Of a stretch of 64,000 bases of DNA, positions 59,257 to 64,000 are shown one piece after another; positions within the stretch are counted from its first letter, which is position 1; the number at the start of each line of letters is the position of its first letter. The notes beneath the pieces were generated by a model that saw only the letters and a list, made by a program, of their open reading frames with translations, was not told the origin of the DNA and searched no databases. A program made the position numbers and the translations under genes. The stretch is from Rhodosorus marinus CCMP1338 (lineage: Eukaryota > Plantae > Rhodophyta), in NCBI GenBank assembly GCA_029953675.1, contig JAMWBK010000011.1, positions 620,001 through 684,000 on the forward strand, written 5' to 3'.

Positions 59257-60156
59257 GTTCACCAAAAGTTTCCGCACGCAGCAAACTTTCCTCGGTTCAT
59301 TCAGAACCGAGCCCTTCGAGCTTCACAGCCTTGCGCAACAAAAGCTCAGGTCGGTATTTCGACCACTTCCATCGCAGTACTCTCAAGCCAATACCACTGT
59401 CAATGCGCTCACTAAACGTTCAGAGCTAATCTCGCTCAATAAGTCTCCAGCGCTAAAGTGCTGTTCAATATCGTTTTTCCCTCCCGCTCCGCTGTGCTTG
59501 TCCAGTTCCAACTGGAAGCCAGTCCGTGATCTCCAACCTCTTCCGACCTTGCATTGTTCTGATGCCTGTTTTCCACACTCTGGCCGGCGTTCTCTGGAAC
59601 ACAAAGATGTGAAGGCGAGCGTGTTCTACTCCAAGGTCTGTGTATAGGACCTCTTGTGAGTTCACGTCGGACAAGCATTTTCGTTCGCAACTAGTTCGAA
59701 TTGGACCGGACGCCATTCTGCCTCAGTTTCTATGGCGAACGCGGTGAATGTATCCACCATAGTGAACGGGTGCCTACATCTGGCCATACTGGCATCGCTG
59801 ACAATATACGTGGGCCGCCGCTTAGAGGGACTAAGCATCATGTTCAGCATATTTTCGTAGTTGAACGAGATATCCACCGAAGCGGTTATCCTCCCTATTC
59901 GCAGGTATGTATCGAAGGGAGCGACTCTTCACCAAAACATTTAAAAAATCTCTACGTCGAGAGACCGCAGAGAACACCGATGTACCTGTCGGACCGAGGG
60001 ACTGTAGTCATCGTCGCCCTGGTCTCCATGATACTGAAGGATTCGTTGCGCGCGTATCGTTTCCACTCGCAAATTCGGTCCATCTTCACTTCGAACTAGC
60101 CCAAACAGCCAAGCCTGCTAGCCAGGGTTTGATAGCTGTTTGGCTACTTCTTGCGG

Positions 60157-62118
60157 AGGAACACTCAAATAGGTAAAATCAAGGAAATCAGTACTAGTTG
60201 CGCTGTTCTTGACCTGGTCAACCGTTCGAGGCACTTTTCTCGACTTTGTGGACCGTTCACAGCTTCTTTTGTTTCCTTCCGACCCTTTCACGACCTCTTT
60301 TCGTCCCTTCTAGGGCTGTCGTGTCACGTTTCCTACTCAGGACTCCTCCTGAACGTGCTTCCCTTCCCACATTTTGGTGAGTGGGAAGCTTTCCCACTTT
60401 GCGGACCCGTATCAAAGTACCGTCTGACCTAAAGCATATGGCGACCGGCTCTGGCCCGACACCTGTTTCTGTCAGACTCCACTGGATACCAATACGTCCT
60501 TTCACGAGTGGCTTGGAAGCAGAACCAACACCTTCGCGTTCCGGGGATACGTGCGGGTACCACCCTCTCTTCACTTTTAATGCAACTGTGGGAAAAGAAT
60601 AGCCTCAGGGAGTGTCGGTCCTCCAAACCCAAGCGTCGCGCAAAGTTTGAAACGCGACCGTGTTTGGACTTTCAAACCCCATGGTTTTTATGCGACGCTC
60701 ATGTTTATGTGCCTTTTCAAAGAGATTCAAGATTTACGCTGGGAAAGCTCCTTTCCGGACGCAGCTTCTACCGAACAGCCAAGGTGCATCTTAAATAGAA
60801 GAACATGTTGCGAGTCCGCAGAGTGGGAAGCTACCTTCCCCCTTGGATGCGGCAACTTTAGAACGCTCAGGAAGCGCCGGGTTCAGAAACTTGCACAGCT
60901 GCTCTTGGAGGCCCAAAAGAAGTCGTGAAGGGTCTGAAGGGAACCAATGTAGTTGTGAGGAATCGGCGAACTCGAGAAAAGAGCCTTGAGCGGCTAAACA
61001 GGTCGAGAAGGGGCCAACACAGTAGTAGCTGGTCGTATTTTCCTCATTATGACCTCTTGAATGTGCTTCCACATGTAGTAGAAAGAGCTGGTAAACGCTG
61101 GCTAGCAGGATATTTGGGTTCGTTTGATGTAGAGATGGACGGAATTTCCGTTCGGAAAAAAGTCGGCGCGGAAACAGAAAGTTAGTTTCCTATTTTCTGA
61201 AGTTCTTGGTGAGAGGGGTGATCAGCCACCAGTAACTTCTTGGTGTAAGAATGTCTTCGAATGAGTTGTGGTTGAAACCCGTGGATAATTATCCCACGGT
61301 CCAGGGAGTACTTCGAGTGAGCAAGTATTGTCGCTACTGGCGGTGAATAAAATGCTTCGGCCGGAGCTGGAGGGGACGCCGGTGAGCGGACCAGGGTGAC
61401 CAGTTCTTCCAGGCGCTCAAGTCAACCTAGGGCCGCCTGGTGCGGGATCATTTGGTCCGTCAGGGGAACAGCGGAAACTCATGTCGGCAGGTTTCAGGCA
61501 GGGGCACTAACAATTTTCAACAATAATGCAGCAGCCAACCTAAATGCGGATGCAGCCACGTTGTGGACTCTTCTGAAAGCACAACCCTTCAATCACGCGT
61601 ACGTTGAGCGCCACCACGAAGTGTTTGAGGATTGTACCTGCTCAAGAAGGAAGAAGACCCTTGAAATATTCACGGAAAGGTTGCAGGAGACCGCATTAAC
61701 CTTACCAGAGCCCATATCGGAGGACGGACTAATCTTTCGTTTTCAGCAAGGACTGCCTAAGGATTTCCACCCACATAGTCCGGCGTGGGTGGGGTCCCAT
61801 GAAGACCGCGTGTTAAAGGCGGCCCAGTTGGGGTGCTCCCTCCGGAGGACCCGAGAGCCGGTGGCCACGGTGGAGGAAGTGGGTGGAAAGTCTTCGGCAT
61901 TCCTTGCTGGAACGAAGGATTAGTCCGGCCTCCGGGAGAGACCAAAAGAGGTCGTGAACGGTCCGAAGGGAAACAAAAGAGTTGTGAACGGTCGACCAAT
62001 TCGAGAAAAGAGCCTTGAACTGCTGAACAGGTCAAGAAGCGGCCAAAACAGTAGTAACTAGTCGTATTTCCCACATTATTACCTCTTGAATGATTCCACA
62101 AGTAGTAGAGCGAGCTGG
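60157..62118. mobile_element. Degenerate retroelement-like region: three copies of a ~180-bp repeat (one inverted) around a gag-like ORF
   Basis: Direct copies at 60913-61091 and 61942-62118 (~83% identical by manual count); inverted copy at ~60157-60302. Confidence 0.55.
61396..61923 (+). pseudogene. Retrotransposon gag-like fragment
   Basis: LWTLLKAQPF...KTLEIFTERLQETALTLPEPISEDGLIFRFQQGLP resembles the Ty3/gypsy-type gag C-terminal helical motif (YxxRFxxL...LxxxFxxGL). No ATG start and no pol downstream. Confidence 0.6.
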
Positions 62119-62334
62119 CTGCAATAGTCTCTTCTCTATTTGCTTCTCGAGTTGAAGCCGTGAACACCGCAACACTCAAGCCCTTGGGCTAAGCTAGGGC
62201 AGAGTCGGCAGTTCTAAAGCGAGCGGGTGTTACAGGACAGAACAAGACAAGTTATCTCCTCGGGTGGATCTGGGAGCTTCGAGTTCCAGAGGGACTTTTT
62301 TTTACTGTTCACTTTCCGGGCATTAGCGGCCAGG

Positions 62335-63456
62335 TCAGTTGTCCAACCGTAGGAAGTTGATGATCGACTCGCAGTGCGCGTCGACCCAAATATCAACGCC
62401 GCCGAGTCTGCATCCCCACTTCTCGATCATGATCCGGGAGCACACAGCCACGCCGGCCTCCGTGAAGTCCTTGACGAAGTGGCTCAGGTTTCCCCACCAG
62501 CGGCTGGACGGGTCCATAACGTCGAAGAACGCTGGCAATGGAGTTGACGACGACACCGCCAGCCCTTCTGCGGAAGCGGCGAGGAGGTCTTCCAAGTAGG
62601 CTTTAGCGGCCAAGACGTCCTGGTAAGTACCTACGTGAGTGAAGTGACCGCCGATGTACACCTCAATGTCCAGTGCTAGGATCCTCGAGTGAAGCTCGAT
62701 GTACTCATGAATGTCCGTTACAATCGCCAAGTTGTACGGAGGAGCCCACCTCGGGAAGATGACGTCAACAAGGTAGGCGACTCCGACGCCTCCGGACGTT
62801 TTGGGGATGTGGATGATCAGATCCGACGGTGTATGTCCTCCGCACTGGGGCTTGATGATCACTTTCAGGTTTCTCCTCAGCTTCAGGACCTTCTTCTTGT
62901 CGAAAAGAACGGTGGGCAACGGAAAACCGGGGCGATCGCCGTTGATAAGAGGTTTAAGGATCGCCGAGTGGGCGAGGATCTTAATCTGGGCCTTCGGGTA
63001 GGCCGTCTCCAAGTAACTGTAGATGAACGGTACGGCTCCGATGTGATCGTAGTGCTGGTGGCTGTATATTATCTTGATCCTCTTGAACTTCGTGTCTCCA
63101 GCGATCTCCTTGATGGCGTCGGTCAGCGTGGTTCCGATCGGGACGCCATTTGCATCGCGGATGAGGAAGTTGCCCTCCGGACCGTCCACAACTATCAGCT
63201 GCGAGGACGTCTTGACTATCATCATGAAGTACTGCGACTCGCCAACGGAATACACGCCCTTCCTATACTCAGTGAGGTTGTACCCCTTGGCGTCGACCGT
63301 CACAGGGGGCAGTAGATTGTCCGGCAATGGCAGGCCCTGGCACTTCTTGCCCTTGTCGATCCTCTTTAGACATTTCGCGAGCTCGTCCTCACAAACAAAG
63401 CCAGCTGCAAGTGCAGCCAAGAGCAAACTCACAATGATCACCAATGAGCGTGTCAT
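62335..63456 (-). CDS. Secreted metallo-beta-lactamase-fold hydrolase, ~373 aa
   Basis: Signal peptide MTRSLVIIVSLLLAALAAG; VVDGP, SHQHYDHIG (HxHxDH), GGHT, LVDVIFP and GGHF metal-ligand motifs; intronless. Confidence 0.9.
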   Translation of the reverse strand: MTRSLVIIVSLLLAALAAGFVCEDELAKCLKRIDKGKKCQGLPLPDNLLPPVTVDAKGYNLTEYRKGVYSVGESQYFMMIVKTSSQLIVVDGPEGNFLIRDANGVPIGTTLTDAIKEIAGDTKFKRIKIIYSHQHYDHIGAVPFIYSYLETAYPKAQIKILAHSAILKPLINGDRPGFPLPTVLFDKKKVLKLRRNLKVIIKPQCGGHTPSDLIIHIPKTSGGVGVAYLVDVIFPRWAPPYNLAIVTDIHEYIELHSRILALDIEVYIGGHFTHVGTYQDVLAAKAYLEDLLAASAEGLAVSSSTPLPAFFDVMDPSSRWWGNLSHFVKDFTEAGVAVCSRIMIEKWGCRLGGVDIWVDAHCESIINFLRLDN

Positions 63457-64000
63457 CTTGAACGCCGACATAGAACTTTGACTCCCCCGCCGACTACCAG
63501 ATAATTGCTGAGGCTGATCGAGCACATTTTATAGACTGCCTCGGGAGCCTAAGCACAGAAACAAAGGTCAGCGTCGAGCTTCCCTCGGGCTCTTGGACAG
63601 CAATCTATCCCCACGCTCTTAGGTGACACTCGACCGAACCTTCGGTGCATAGACAAACCATGTGATAAAGATCCATCTGCTTCTACTTGGTTCAAGTCTA
63701 CAGTCAACTCAATCGACCGCCAACCCCCTCCGCTCTACCAGCTAACGAATTCAAGACGCGCTTAGTTCTTGGTATAGAAGGGTCTAACCATCGATTCAAA
63801 GACTGAGTGACATTCTCTCATCATCCCCAACCCCTATCGATCCGAATGTGAGTTAGCTTACCTCCAAATTCGTCAACTACTGTCCAACTTAGTTTATTGA
63901 AATTTAAAACTGATCTACTTAATAAAACTAAACTATTGTAAAATAAATTTCAATATATCTTTTTTTCTTAACCAATATTGTATCCAACAATCCTATCTAA

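Noticed and set aside
60257-60574. TETGVGPE resembling a gypsy protease DTGAGP motif
   Set aside because: The catalytic Asp is absent; only suggestive within the TE-like region.
60-63525. Many plus-strand ORFs antisense to the called genes
   Set aside because: Shadow ORFs of real coding regions.

Overview
Eukaryotic genomic DNA: compact, with GT-AG introns of about 37-150 nt, (CT/GA)n microsatellites and AT-rich intergenic patches. A unicellular red alga would fit, but that is inference only. The window is dominated by three single-orientation tandem gene arrays. (1) 1-26.7 kb, minus strand: ten two-exon genes (the first cut by the window edge) encoding an N-terminal transmembrane helix plus a C-terminal RING-H2 domain (ATL-like E3 ligases), all with one phase-0 intron at the same position. 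The array is interrupted by a stand-alone VASt-domain gene and degenerate repeats. (2) 29.3-38.9 kb, plus strand: five short type-II membrane/coiled-coil ('stalk-only') proteins followed by a GT25-like glycosyltransferase with the same N-terminal architecture but an altered EDD motif. (3) 41.1-59.3 kb, minus strand: six F-box-like plus beta-propeller-like two-exon genes (one frameshifted) and a probable decayed seventh copy. Single-copy genes are a DHHC palmitoyltransferase, a 4x C2H2 zinc-finger protein and a secreted, intronless metallo-beta-lactamase-fold hydrolase. Also present are a near-identical ~325-bp direct repeat, a 50-bp minisatellite and a retrotransposon gag remnant among repeats. 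I found no supportable rRNA, tRNA or CRISPR array. Exon boundaries were derived by hand from the sequence and paralog comparison; no database searches were run.
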